DNA of 64,000 nucleotides from an uncultured Prevotella sp. (GCA_947170265.1 CAMVSV010000010.1:9702-73701); one strand, 5' to 3'. Positions 41,496-50,759 are shown, counted from the stretch's first letter. The notes: a model not told the origin generated them from the letters alone. Numbers and translations: made by a program.

Positions 41496-42113
41496 ATGAG
41501 GAAAATACTTTTTGCAATCCTTCTGACACTCATGCCCTCTCTCCTGTCAGCCCAGACCAAGCACGCTGACACCGAAAAGCTTGGCATGGCACTCGAGTAT
41601 TTCACCTATGGCAAATACCACGAGGCTCTGCTGTTGTTTGAGAAATTGGAGAAGCAACACAAACTCAACCCACGTTTCATGGCATACATTGGGTTGTGTC
41701 ATTACTATGAATGGAATTATGAGAAAGCAACACAATATCTTGACTCTCTCATTCCTCAGCTTGGTGCGCTTGCCCCGCACGAAAGAAGTGTCTACTGCTA
41801 TGCCGCCGCCGAGAGCCATTTCAACCTCGGACAATATAAGGAGGCCATACCCTTCTATGAACAGGTGCTCACCTTATGCTACGACAACGAAAAGGGCGAT
41901 GCCTTCTACAGGCTCGGGTTCTGTTATTTGTTCCAAGAGAAATATGAGAATGCGCGTGAGTGTCTCGAGTCGGCAGAAATATTCTACCGGCGATTCAGAA
42001 ACACCTCCGACCTTGAAGCTCGTCTGTCTCAGATTGACAATATGCTAAAGGGCATCAATGCATATTTGAATCAACGAAGCACAACGGAAGCAAATCCCGC
42101 ACAGAGCGAATGA
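41496..42113 (+). CDS. TPR-repeat protein, secreted
   Basis: 205 aa. Signal peptide, then repeated A/Y/L-spaced TPR-like helices (YGKYHEALLLFEKL, LGQYKEAIPFYEQVL). Confidence 0.6.
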   Translation: MRKILFAILLTLMPSLLSAQTKHADTEKLGMALEYFTYGKYHEALLLFEKLEKQHKLNPRFMAYIGLCHYYEWNYEKATQYLDSLIPQLGALAPHERSVYCYAAAESHFNLGQYKEAIPFYEQVLTLCYDNEKGDAFYRLGFCYLFQEKYENARECLESAEIFYRRFRNTSDLEARLSQIDNMLKGINAYLNQRSTTEANPAQSE

Positions 42114-42534
42114 CATAAACACCCTTCTCGCCATAGAGAAGCACCCTCACGGGATGGTTGTAGCGGTCTTCCATCTCAAGCACTACCTGTCGGCATGCGC
42201 CGCATGGAGATATGGGGTCTGGGGTGAAGCCTTTGTCGTTGCGGGCTGCTATGGCAAGGCTCTCCAACCCTTGTTCGGGATGCGCCGACTGGGCAGCAAA
42301 CACCGCACATCTCTCAGCACACAGTCCCGACGGAAAGGCAGCATTCTCCTGATTGGCACCTATCACCACCTCACCGCCATCGAGTCTCACCGCCGCACCC
42401 ACATGAAATCCACTGTAGCGGGCATAGGAATTGTTGCTTGCCTGCTTGGCTCTTTCCACGAGATCGCGGTCTTGTTCTGACAGCTCGTCAATCTGGCAGA
42501 AGTCCATCTCAATGTTTATTTCTATCTTTTTCAT
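42055..42534 (-). CDS. cdd: Cytidine deaminase
   Basis: The ORF track extends to 42729. I prefer ATG 42534 (MKKIEINIEM). Zn motifs CAERCA and PCGACRQ. Confidence 0.85.
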   Translation of the reverse strand: MKKIEINIEMDFCQIDELSEQDRDLVERAKQASNNSYARYSGFHVGAAVRLDGGEVVIGANQENAAFPSGLCAERCAVFAAQSAHPEQGLESLAIAARNDKGFTPDPISPCGACRQVVLEMEDRYNHPVRVLLYGEKGVYVIRSVRDLLPLCFVDSNMH

Positions 42535-42556
42535 AGCAAAACAGTTAACTCTATTG

Positions 42557-44008
42557 TCATGGTTCCTGTGGCTGGTATTCGTATGCCCCGATGTCGGGCT
42601 TCTCATCGCGAGCCACTCCCTTACGGTCTTCGGCACTGTAGCCGTTGGGCAGCGTGGTGCCGGCATCACGAGCCAGCGAGACCTCACTAAGACGGAAATC
42701 ATAAATGAGGTTGTCGGTGTCGACGACATAGAAATTCTTTACTCCACCCACTATCGTATCCTTGGGATTTTCCCATATAACATCTTTTATCAAGTCACTG
42801 GCTTCTATCTCCGGAGTCCGGAGAAGACAATGGTCAAACAAATAGGATGCCTCCACATCTTCACGGAAATCGGTCATCACCACGTCGTCGGCATAGCCTG
42901 TCACGATGGAGTTGTAAACCTCAAACTGATAGAGGGGATAGAGTGCATCGTCCAAATAGTTGGCAAACCTGAGCGCAGCACCGCGGTTTGAATCAAAAGG
43001 ATAGAATTGAGCCAAGGTGCAATGCCTCATCATCACCGCGCCGCCATATATTGCTACACAGTCGTTGAGGGTGTTGGTTATCTGGGTGTTATACACATCC
43101 ACCACGCTGCTTTTCGACAATAAGCCATAGCCCTGACAGTTGTGTATCATACTATTATATAAGGTGAGCTTCAATTCTTCAACGCTTGAAGAATCGCATA
43201 CCACGCCGTTGTAGGTACTGTGTATGTCTACATAGTCAAGTGTATTTCCATAAGAGGTGTCATGGAAACGAAGGCCTTGCCATTGACCCGTCACCCTGTC
43301 ATAGGGAAGATAATCAAACATCCTGTCAATCCTGTCGCCCCTGAGTACAACATTCTTTTCTGCTGTTCCCTGAGCATTGAGCTTGCCATACACGTCTATC
43401 CCCGCGTCGTTGTGGAAATAGAGTGTCGTGCCCTCGCCTATGGTCAGCGTGGCTCCCTCCTCCACCGTGATACCACCATATATTACTATGGGCTTTGACG
43501 AGCTTATCGTTGAATCTTTGCTAATTACCACATCGCTTCTCAGCTCGGCATCCCAGGCATAGGCATTGAGGTTAACCTTCTGCTCCACTCCGCTCTCAAG
43601 TGTAAATATCAGGTCGTCTTTAATGAGGGTAGGTTTCTCCTGCATGTTTTCCGGTGATGTCAGCTCAACAAACACCCTTATGGAATCTTTGTTTCTCACC
43701 TCTATGTCATTGGTCTGATAGCCTTGTGAACCGCCAAGGTAAACACCATCAACATTTACTCTGAAACCGGTCTGGTTGCCGTGTTCAAGTCTGACTCTTG
43801 AACATCTGATGCCATTGCCCGAACGGTTGTAAACCCAGAAAGTCTTTGTTGCCGTAGGTACTTTTGAAAATATAGTGTCAAGCTTCACCGTATCTGTTGA
43901 GAATGTCAACAAATTCGATGCGGAGGTTGTAAATGAGTCGTCGTCTGAGCATGCTTCAAGCATCATAGCCATGACAGCAGCCAATAATATTCCTATTTTC
44001 TTCATCAT
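42557..44008 (-). CDS. Lipoprotein with right-handed parallel beta-helix repeats (choice-of-anchor-Q-like C-terminus)
   Basis: 483 aa. Lipobox MMLEACSDD, repetitive G/N/T-rich beta-helix-like segments, and C-terminal PDIGAYEY. Confidence 0.5.
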   Translation of the reverse strand: MMKKIGILLAAVMAMMLEACSDDDSFTTSASNLLTFSTDTVKLDTIFSKVPTATKTFWVYNRSGNGIRCSRVRLEHGNQTGFRVNVDGVYLGGSQGYQTNDIEVRNKDSIRVFVELTSPENMQEKPTLIKDDLIFTLESGVEQKVNLNAYAWDAELRSDVVISKDSTISSSKPIVIYGGITVEEGATLTIGEGTTLYFHNDAGIDVYGKLNAQGTAEKNVVLRGDRIDRMFDYLPYDRVTGQWQGLRFHDTSYGNTLDYVDIHSTYNGVVCDSSSVEELKLTLYNSMIHNCQGYGLLSKSSVVDVYNTQITNTLNDCVAIYGGAVMMRHCTLAQFYPFDSNRGAALRFANYLDDALYPLYQFEVYNSIVTGYADDVVMTDFREDVEASYLFDHCLLRTPEIEASDLIKDVIWENPKDTIVGGVKNFYVVDTDNLIYDFRLSEVSLARDAGTTLPNGYSAEDRKGVARDEKPDIGAYEYQPQEP

Positions 44009-44128
44009 CTAAGATGGGTGCTGCTAATGAAAAACATCAACCCACATTTTATATTCAACATTATGGTGGAAATAAATGAAACCCACCCTATATATAACGA
44101 TATGGCATGGGAATTATTGCATGGGCAT

Positions 44129-44161
44129 AAAAAAAGCTGAAGCGTCAAGGCTTCAGCTTTT
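44129..44161 (-). terminator. Rho-independent terminator of tRNA-Pro
   Basis: 9-bp stem AGCTGAAGC(44135-44143)/GCTTCAGCT(44150-44158). On the minus strand it is followed by T7. Confidence 0.7.
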
Positions 44162-44171
44162 AATCAATTTG

Positions 44172-44245
44172 TCGGGGCGACAGGATTCGAACCTGCGGCC
44201 GCCTGGTCCCAAACCAGGAGCGCTACCGGGCTGCGCTACACCCCG
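44172..44245 (-). tRNA. tRNA-Pro (anticodon TGG)
   Basis: The minus strand reads CGGGGTG-TA-GCGC-AGCCCGGTA-GCGC-T-CCTGG-TTTGGGA-CCAGG-CGGCC-GCAGG-TTCGAAT-CCTGT-CGCCCCG-A. That is a full cloverleaf with a GTTCGAAT T-loop and anticodon UGG. No CCA is encoded. Confidence 0.92.
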
Positions 44246-44410
44246 AAAGCTCAGCATCTCTGCTTAGCGAGTGCAAAGGTAGAGGTTTTTAGATTAACAA
44301 CCAAATGTTTTATCTTATTTTTTATTATTTTCGTCAACACGGCTCACATTTGTAGCTCATTCGCACCCGCATTGTTGCCCTTTCGTCACCCCACTGTTTT
44401 TCTTTCGTTC

Positions 44411-44499
44411 CAGTATTGTGCCCAAAATACTCAAGTAGTGTAGCCAAAATACTCCAGTATTGAGACCAAAATACTCGAGTATTGTACGAAGAATACTGG
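44411..44499. repeat. Four tandem 22-bp units, each AGTATT-N9-AATACT (nested palindromes)
   Basis: AGTATTGTGCCCAAAATACTC / AGTAGTGTAGCCAAAATACTC / AGTATTGAGACCAAAATACTC / AGTATTGTACGAAGAATACTG. The junctions form AATACTCGAGTATT-type palindromes. Confidence 0.8.
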
Positions 44500-44542
44500 A
44501 ACACCTTACGAAGGTCGTAAAACCAAATTCGCTATCCTACTC

Positions 44543-44573
44543 TTTGTTCATTGGATAATTTCCATTATCTTTG
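44543..44573 (+). promoter_or_regulatory. Bacteroidetes-type promoter of the alkD-like gene
   Basis: TTTG (44543-44546), a 19-nt spacer, then TATCTTTG (44566-44573), 25 nt before ATG 44598. Confidence 0.5.
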
Positions 44574-44597
44574 TGACCTACAAAGCATTATCCTACA

Positions 44598-45353
44598 ATG
44601 AACAGAACAACATCCAAGGAAATAATCACATATATGGAGTCGCTGAGAAACGAAGAGCAACGACTCAACCTCATGCGTTTCTTCAAGACAGGCAAGGGCG
44701 ACTATGGAGAGGGTGACGAGTTTCTTGGACTGAAAGTACCGCAGACAAGGCTGATAGTCAAACATTCCACAGAGCTCCCCATGGAAGAAATACCCGAACT
44801 CCTCACCAACCGCTTTCACGAGGTCAGACTGTGCGGTTTCCTGCTTTTGGTACATAAATTTGAAAAGCTCTCGGGGAAACGCCTTGAAAACAACGACAAC
44901 GCCATCATTCAACGCGATGGAATAGTGAGACTATACATGGAATATGCCGACTATGCCAACAACTGGGATCTGGTAGACATGTCTGCACCAAAGATCATGG
45001 GGCGCTGGCTCATGCTGCCCAGCAACATCAGCGACAAACAGAAAATGGTGGACGGGCTTGCCATGAGCGGCAAGCTGTGGCGTGAGCGAATAAGCATGGT
45101 TTGCACATGGATGACCACCCACATGGGCGACCCGTCATGGTGTCTGCGCTATGCCGAGATACACCTTAACCACAGCCATGACCTAATGCACAAAGCTGTG
45201 GGATGGATGCTACGCGAGATGGGCAAGATGGTGAGCATGGACTTGTTACGCGAATTTCTCAGGCAACACATACTTGACATGCCACGCACCACACTGCGCT
45301 ATGCCATAGAGAAAATGCCTGAAGAAGAACGGAAACATTGGATGAACTTGTGA
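44598..45353 (+). CDS. DNA alkylation repair protein (AlkD-like HEAT-repeat family)
   Basis: 251 aa. The N-terminus ...LMRFFKTGKGDYGEGDEFLGLKVPQTR... and WMLREMGK are typical of the family. Confidence 0.75.
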   Translation: MNRTTSKEIITYMESLRNEEQRLNLMRFFKTGKGDYGEGDEFLGLKVPQTRLIVKHSTELPMEEIPELLTNRFHEVRLCGFLLLVHKFEKLSGKRLENNDNAIIQRDGIVRLYMEYADYANNWDLVDMSAPKIMGRWLMLPSNISDKQKMVDGLAMSGKLWRERISMVCTWMTTHMGDPSWCLRYAEIHLNHSHDLMHKAVGWMLREMGKMVSMDLLREFLRQHILDMPRTTLRYAIEKMPEEERKHWMNL

Positions 45354-45356
45354 GAT

Positions 45357-45692
45357 ATGAACAAAATCCTTATTACAGCAATCCGCCAGACTGTCTACCA
45401 TGACCTCATGGCGAAATACGAGAACCCTATAGAGCACACATGCAATGTAAAGGAAGGCATGCAATGGATTTCCATCGACGGGAAACAGCCGGAGGGGATG
45501 TGCATCTCTGCCTGGCTCTCCATGCATGAGTTTGTGGAGTCGCTTGCAAGAGGCGAAGGCAACTTCTACGACGGATGGATGAAAAACCCCATGAGTGCCA
45601 TGATAAGCTGCAACGACGGCTTCCGCCCCTTCAGCTTCTACATAGAGGTTATTGAAGAAGACTGTAAACAAGGCTGTTGCCCGAAAGGCTGA
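45357..45692 (+). CDS. Small conserved protein, TIGR04076-like
   Basis: 111 aa. Cys-containing motifs (HTCNVKEG, GMCISAW, SCNDGFRPFSF) resemble the TIGR04076 family as I remember it. Not searched. Confidence 0.5.
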   Translation: MNKILITAIRQTVYHDLMAKYENPIEHTCNVKEGMQWISIDGKQPEGMCISAWLSMHEFVESLARGEGNFYDGWMKNPMSAMISCNDGFRPFSFYIEVIEEDCKQGCCPKG

Positions 45693-45714
45693 GAACAACA
45701 AATACACATAAATC

Positions 45715-45747
45715 AAGGTGGAAACGCAATCCCTGTGTTTTCACCTT
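45715..45747 (+). terminator. Terminator-like hairpin after the TIGR04076-like gene
   Basis: 11-bp stem AAGGTGGAAAC(45715-45725)/GTTTTCACCTT(45737-45747), with one G-T pair that only works on the plus strand. The T-tail is weak. Confidence 0.4.
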
Positions 45748-45820
45748 ATTATATATCCCTGCTTCATATTGCTTTCCTCTGTCATATTTCATGAAAACAT
45801 ACTAATTATCCCATATTTGT

Positions 45821-45851
45821 TTTGTCATAAGGCAAATATTCCTTAATTTTG
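45821..45851 (+). promoter_or_regulatory. Bacteroidetes-type promoter about 420 nt upstream of the GT2 operon
   Basis: TTTG (45821-45824), a 19-nt spacer, then TAATTTTG (45844-45851). Confidence 0.45.
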
Positions 45852-45967
45852 CAGCGTCTTCATCATGAAGCGGAACTTACAATATCGGTACAACCGACAA
45901 AAAAGCAGAAGCGGATGGGTGGGACTACATTTTATAAAAAAGTGTCTACATAGGCGCTTTGTTCTTT

Positions 45968-46155
45968 GACGCTTCGAAGTCTCGCAAACTCGAATCCTAG
46001 TCAAAAGCAAAGCAACGGTAGATGCTCATGGGTATGTTATACCAACCGATGGCTCGCATCATGCGTGGTCCATAGGTGTTGGCATATACATATGCGTGTG
46101 GGCTTCTGCGTTGCTCGTTTCGACTAGGATGGGCAATGCGAGACGCCTGAAGCGT
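45968..46155 (+). ncRNA. Candidate structured leader RNA (rod of four helices closing a three-hairpin core)
   Basis: Long-range complementarity: 45969-45975/46149-46155, 45979-45986/46137-46144, 45994-46002/46122-46130 and 46011-46017/46109-46115. Inner hairpins are GGTAT-GTT-ATACC (46031-46043), CCAAC...GTTGG (46044/46078) and GCATA-TACA-TATGC (46082-46095). The strand is assigned from the upstream promoter only. Confidence 0.35.
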
Positions 46156-46269
46156 GGGACGAGCAACTGGTACAGCAACCCACACTTTTTTGTATCTTGT
46201 ACCAATCATAATTTAAAACAAATTCTTGTCCGGGTGCTGCAAGGAAGCAAAATAAAAGCAGTACTGTAA

Positions 46270-47193
46270 ATGCTGTTGTCTATCATCTCTCCGATATACA
46301 AAGGGGAAAAGATGCTTGAGGAGTTGGTTACTCGAATTGAGTCCTCTGTTGAGACGTTTACCAAGGATTATGAGATTATCCTTGTGAATGACTGTTCCCC
46401 TGACAATTCATGGGAGAAGATTACTGTTATTTGCGGACAAGACAAAAAGGTAAAGGGTGTCAACCTGTCACGCAACTTCGGACAGCATTACGCCATCACC
46501 GCTGGACTCGCAAAGTCTTCAGGAGAATGGGTCGTGGTTATGGATTGCGATCTTCAAGACCGCCCAGAAGAAATTCCAAATCTATACAAGAAAGCGCAAG
46601 AGGGTTATGATACGGTGTTTGCACAGAGAGTGGAACGCAAAGATAAATTTACCAAACGCATGTCTTCTACCGTATTTAATGCTGTTTTTGCATATCTTAC
46701 AGACCAGACGCAGGACAAGACCGTTGGTAATTTTGGCATATATAATAGCAAAGTGATTAACTCTGTGCTGTCGATGGGTGACTCTGTGAGATGGTTTCCT
46801 ATAATGGTGAAATGGGTAGGTTATAAAATTGGCTATATACCCGTTGAGCATGCAGAGCGTGGAGAGGGAAAATCAAGTTACTCGCTTCGCAAGTTATTGT
46901 CTGTTGCATCTGACAACATGATAGCTTTCTCCAACAAGCCTTTACGCCTTATGTTGCAATTTGGTTTCGGAGTCGTGATTGTTTCTCTGTTGATAGCTTT
47001 GTTCTATCTTATAAGATATCTATCTGGCGGTATCGCTGTTGATGGTTTTACGACAATGGTTATCTCTATGTGGCTCCTTGGAGGCATAATGATAATGTTG
47101 ATAGGCGTGACAGGCATATACATCGGTAAGATATTTGATAAGGCAAAAGATAGACCAATATATATTATACGCGACCAAATAAACCTCGATTAG
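46270..47193 (+). CDS. GT2 polyprenyl-phosphate glycosyltransferase (ArnC/GtrB/DPM1-like)
   Basis: 307 aa. Motifs LVNDCSPD, LSRNFGQ and MDCDLQDRPE, two C-terminal TM helices, and a GIYIGKIFDKAKDRPIYII tail. Confidence 0.85.
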   Translation: MLLSIISPIYKGEKMLEELVTRIESSVETFTKDYEIILVNDCSPDNSWEKITVICGQDKKVKGVNLSRNFGQHYAITAGLAKSSGEWVVVMDCDLQDRPEEIPNLYKKAQEGYDTVFAQRVERKDKFTKRMSSTVFNAVFAYLTDQTQDKTVGNFGIYNSKVINSVLSMGDSVRWFPIMVKWVGYKIGYIPVEHAERGEGKSSYSLRKLLSVASDNMIAFSNKPLRLMLQFGFGVVIVSLLIALFYLIRYLSGGIAVDGFTTMVISMWLLGGIMIMLIGVTGIYIGKIFDKAKDRPIYIIRDQINLD

Positions 47194-47538
47194 ATGCAGC
47201 AGAAGAAGATTTCCATTAAATGGATTTTCGGATTACTGTTGGTTTTCTTGATATATTCAAGTGCCAACATATTCATGAAGCTATCTTCCTCAGAAGACGG
47301 AATGCTTATGCTGATATATCTGTCTTGTGCCATTGGGATTTTAGGTATTTATGCTTGTTTATGGCAGCAGGTGTTAAAACACATTTCGCTGACTACTGCA
47401 TTTATGTTCAAAAGTGTTACCGTTATATATGGGATACTATTTGCACATGTGTTGTTTTTGGAGGAGATTACGGTAAATAACATAATTGGTGCTGCAATGA
47501 TTGTAGCAGGAATAGTCGTATTAGGATGGAGATCTTGA
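47194..47538 (+). CDS. Small 4-TM EamA/SMR-like protein (ArnE/ArnF-like flippase subunit)
   Basis: 114 aa with four hydrophobic helices. It starts at the base after the GT2 stop. Confidence 0.6.
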   Translation: MQQKKISIKWIFGLLLVFLIYSSANIFMKLSSSEDGMLMLIYLSCAIGILGIYACLWQQVLKHISLTTAFMFKSVTVIYGILFAHVLFLEEITVNNIIGAAMIVAGIVVLGWRS

Positions 47539-47870
47539 TATTCTACATATTAGTCGCCATAGGAGTCTTTTTGTCCTCATGCTCACAGATTCTTCTGAAG
47601 AAAAGTGCACAGAGGGAACATACCTCCAAGATTGCTGAGATGATGAACAAACAAGTGATATTTGCTTACAGCATCTTCCTTGTCTCTGTTATTATAAACG
47701 TAATTGCCCTTGGGCATGAAGTAAACGTCAAGGATCTTCCAATATTGGAGTCGTTGGGTTACATCTTTGTACCTGTTTTGTCACTCATTTTTCTAAATGA
47801 GCAAATAAGCGGCAGGGATATAACAGCCTTATCTATGATAGTTGCAGGAATAATAATATTCTATTTATAG
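47526..47870 (+). CDS. Small 4-TM EamA/SMR-like protein (second ArnE/ArnF-like subunit)
   Basis: 114 aa with four hydrophobic helices. It overlaps the preceding paralogous gene by 13 nt. Confidence 0.6.
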   Translation: MEILIFYILVAIGVFLSSCSQILLKKSAQREHTSKIAEMMNKQVIFAYSIFLVSVIINVIALGHEVNVKDLPILESLGYIFVPVLSLIFLNEQISGRDITALSMIVAGIIIFYL

Positions 47871-47874
47871 ACCT

Positions 47875-48606
47875 ATGAAAATAGTAGATTGCAAGTGGGA
47901 ATTGGAGAATATCAACAAAAAGACAGTCGAGATTACGTTTGAACCTGATGATGTATTTGACAAATATATCCTATCCCAGCTTGTATCAGATTATGAATAT
48001 GCTGTTGTCAAGGTTCACATGAACATGCCATCATTCAATATTGGCCTATCAAAGATGGGCTATACATGTATTGAGACTCAAATGAACGTAGGAATCAGCA
48101 TGTTTGATTTTGACTTCTCCAAGGTAGCTCATTTGTATGATGACACAAGATACGAGGTCGTAGATAATGACAATGATTTCCGAGAGGTTGTTTCAAATAT
48201 AGAGCCTGGTATGTTCTCTACAGATAGAATATCCATCGACCCCCAGTTTGGAAAGGAAACGGGATGTATAAGATATATAAATTGGTTGACTACAGAATAT
48301 GAAAACAAGAGATCGCAATTAATAAAGGTCATATATCAAAACAAGCATGTTGGCTTTATGCTTATTCGACATGATGCTAATACGATAGACCTGCTCCTGA
48401 ACGGCTTATACAAGCCATATCAGGGTAAGGGTCTGGGCATACTGACCCCAGCATCCCCCATGATGTATATAAGAAAAAAATCATTGCCCTATAATTATGA
48501 GTTGACAAGTATATCGTCTAACAATATACCTGTTATCAAACTATATAATAGACTTAATTTCAAACTAATTCAGCAAACATATGTGTTTGTAAAACACCTC
48601 AAATAA
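47875..48606 (+). CDS. GNAT-type N-acyltransferase, WecD (dTDP-fucosamine acetyltransferase)-like
   Basis: 243 aa. Two-domain layout like WecD, with GNAT acetyl-CoA loop YQGKGLG in the C-terminal half. The assignment rests on an alignment by eye. Confidence 0.5.
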   Translation: MKIVDCKWELENINKKTVEITFEPDDVFDKYILSQLVSDYEYAVVKVHMNMPSFNIGLSKMGYTCIETQMNVGISMFDFDFSKVAHLYDDTRYEVVDNDNDFREVVSNIEPGMFSTDRISIDPQFGKETGCIRYINWLTTEYENKRSQLIKVIYQNKHVGFMLIRHDANTIDLLLNGLYKPYQGKGLGILTPASPMMYIRKKSLPYNYELTSISSNNIPVIKLYNRLNFKLIQQTYVFVKHLK

Positions 48607-49605
48607 ATGAAACCGCAAATACAGATTATTCAATTATCCATCAGCGACACTCTGGTACTCAAAGGTATTGCCATCATAATGCTTTTGTGTCATCACTGCC
48701 TGTGTACTGGTGAGGGATATGAAGATATATTCTTATTTGGAAAACCGTGTTTCCAACATGTAGGAAAGTTCTGCAAACTATGTGTAGCCATATTTGTTTT
48801 TCTCTCTGGCTATGGTCTCACTGCTCAGGCAAGAGCCAAAGACGGTGTTCCGAACGTTCTGAAATTCTACAAACGTAGATATTTCAAGCTGATGACCAAC
48901 TTCTGGATTATATGGTTGTTGTTTGTGCCTATAGGAGTATTTGTCTTCAACCGCACTTTTCCAGAAGTGTATGGTGAGCATTATATCATCAGGGCATTCA
49001 TAGACTTGACTGGACTTTGTACAAGTTCAAGTTATAACGCCACATGGTGGTTTTATGGTTGTATCATTCTTTTATATGCTCTCTTTCCGCTAATATGGAA
49101 GGCAAGGTCGTATTGGTTTCTGCTGCTACCGGCGTCTATTGTCCTATCGTTTGCAGTTAAGGGTATTCCTTTGGCAAATCTACTGGGTGACTACTTGTTC
49201 ATCTTCACATGCGGTTGCATATATGCAAACAGCAAAATAAGCTTAGGGGGGGGTAAAATGACAGCAATAATTATTCTAATTGTATTCTGTTTGTATCGCT
49301 TCGTTGCCAGGATTCCACTTTTATGGGATGCGGCTATCGTAGTTGCATTGGTCTACGCATATAATCAAGTGTCTGTTCCATCATATATCAGCAGACCTAT
49401 GGCTTTCTTGGGGAAGCATAGCTTCAACATATTCCTGTTTCACACCTTCATCTACTCATACTATTTCCATAGCCTTATCTATTGGCACAGGAACCCTATG
49501 GTGATAGTTGCGACTCTAACAATAGCATGTATTTTGATATCAATATGTATAGAACAAATAAAAAAACTTATAAGGTTTGATTTACTAATAAAGAAAATAA
49601 TATAG
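48607..49605 (+). CDS. Acyltransferase-3 family integral membrane O-acyltransferase
   Basis: 332 aa with about 10 TM helices. N-terminal LKGIAIIMLLCHH is typical of the AT3 family. Confidence 0.7.
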   Translation: MKPQIQIIQLSISDTLVLKGIAIIMLLCHHCLCTGEGYEDIFLFGKPCFQHVGKFCKLCVAIFVFLSGYGLTAQARAKDGVPNVLKFYKRRYFKLMTNFWIIWLLFVPIGVFVFNRTFPEVYGEHYIIRAFIDLTGLCTSSSYNATWWFYGCIILLYALFPLIWKARSYWFLLLPASIVLSFAVKGIPLANLLGDYLFIFTCGCIYANSKISLGGGKMTAIIILIVFCLYRFVARIPLLWDAAIVVALVYAYNQVSVPSYISRPMAFLGKHSFNIFLFHTFIYSYYFHSLIYWHRNPMVIVATLTIACILISICIEQIKKLIRFDLLIKKII

Positions 49606-49613
49606 GCACTATT

Positions 49614-50759
49614 ATGATACCATTCAACAAACCATTTCTTACGGGCAAAGAAGCCCATTATATGTATCAGGCAGTGTATACAGGAAAGCTGTCGGGTAAC
49701 GGAGTGTTTACAAAGAAGTGTCAGGAGTTTTTCGAGAGCCGCTATGGATTTCGGAAATGTCTTATGACTACATCGTGCACCGACGCACTTGAGATGGCAG
49801 CCATACTGTGTGATGTAAAACCTGGAGATGAGGTTATAGTACCATCTTACACCTTCGTTTCCTCTGCCTTGGCATTTGTTCGTCAAGGCGCAAAGATTGT
49901 CTTTGCTGACAGCCATGCCAACAACCCAAATATCGATGCAGACAAAATAGAGGAACTTATTACGGAAAAGACAAAGGTGATAGTACCTGTTCACTACGCC
50001 GGTGTGGCTTGCGACATGGATAAGATCATGAAGATAGCCAACAAGCATGATATCCTTGTTGTTGAGGATGCAGCTCAAGCAATAGATTCCTTCTACAAGG
50101 GCAAAGCCTTGGGAGGTATTGGTCATCTTGGTTGTTTCTCTTTCCATGAGACAAAAAACGTAACGGCTGGTGGCGAAGGTGGACTTCTTGTCATCAATGA
50201 CGAGCGTTTCATTCGCAGGGCAGAGATTATATGGGAAAAGGGAACTAACCGAGCCGAGTTTTTCCGTGGTATGGTTAACAAGTATGGATGGGTAGATACA
50301 GGTTCGTCGTTTCTCCCTTCGGAAATAAACTCAGCATTCCTGCTGGCACAGCTTGAACATCTTGACGAAATTCAGAACCGCCGAAAGGAGATTTGGAACA
50401 TGTATTATGAAGGGCTGAAGGAACTTTCAAACAATGGATTAATTAAGATGCCAGACATGCCAGACTATGCCACGAACAATGCCCACATGTTCTATTTCGT
50501 ATGCCGTAACCTTGACGAGCGCACAAAACTGCTGGCATTTCTTAAAGAGAAGGGTATACTTGCCGTATTCCATTACCTCAGCCTGCATTTGAGCGGGTAT
50601 TACAAGGATAACGCGGATACTATCCCTACCCTACCAAACTGTGACCGCTTTGCTGACTGCTTGGTACGCCTACCCATGTTTTATGAGTTGAAAGACGAAG
50701 AAATAGGAAATATCATAGAAACAATAAAAGAATTCTATCATGAGAAAAATGCTTTATGA
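49614..50759 (+). CDS. wecE: dTDP-4-amino-4,6-dideoxygalactose transaminase (DegT/DnrJ/EryC1 family)
   Basis: 381 aa. It is collinear with E. coli WecE from the first residue (MIPFNKPFLTGKEAHYM...SCTDALEMAA...PSYTFVS...VPVHYAGVACDMD...FSFHETKN PLP-lysine...EKGTNR). Confidence 0.88.
   Translation: MIPFNKPFLTGKEAHYMYQAVYTGKLSGNGVFTKKCQEFFESRYGFRKCLMTTSCTDALEMAAILCDVKPGDEVIVPSYTFVSSALAFVRQGAKIVFADSHANNPNIDADKIEELITEKTKVIVPVHYAGVACDMDKIMKIANKHDILVVEDAAQAIDSFYKGKALGGIGHLGCFSFHETKNVTAGGEGGLLVINDERFIRRAEIIWEKGTNRAEFFRGMVNKYGWVDTGSSFLPSEINSAFLLAQLEHLDEIQNRRKEIWNMYYEGLKELSNNGLIKMPDMPDYATNNAHMFYFVCRNLDERTKLLAFLKEKGILAVFHYLSLHLSGYYKDNADTIPTLPNCDRFADCLVRLPMFYELKDEEIGNIIETIKEFYHEKNAL

Noticed and set aside
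42055-42113. 59-nt convergent 3' overlap of the TPR gene and cdd
   Set aside because: The overlap is real in the sequence. It is most simply a slightly long C-terminal tail on the TPR ORF, and there is no evidence of antisense regulation.
42535-42729. 65-codon N-terminal extension of cdd given by the ORF track
   Set aside because: The extension overlaps the 3' end of the beta-helix lipoprotein gene and has odd composition. The canonical cytidine deaminase length is restored by starting at ATG 42534.
45997-46209. 70-aa minus-strand ORF in the long intergenic region
   Set aside because: It overlaps the long-range helices, its composition is Arg/Pro/Ala-rich, and it has no upstream promoter-like boxes on that strand. 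I treated the region as non-coding leader.
49479-50147. 222-aa minus-strand ORF
   Set aside because: It lies antisense to wecE and the end of the AT3 gene, both of which have strong family signatures. It is a shadow ORF.
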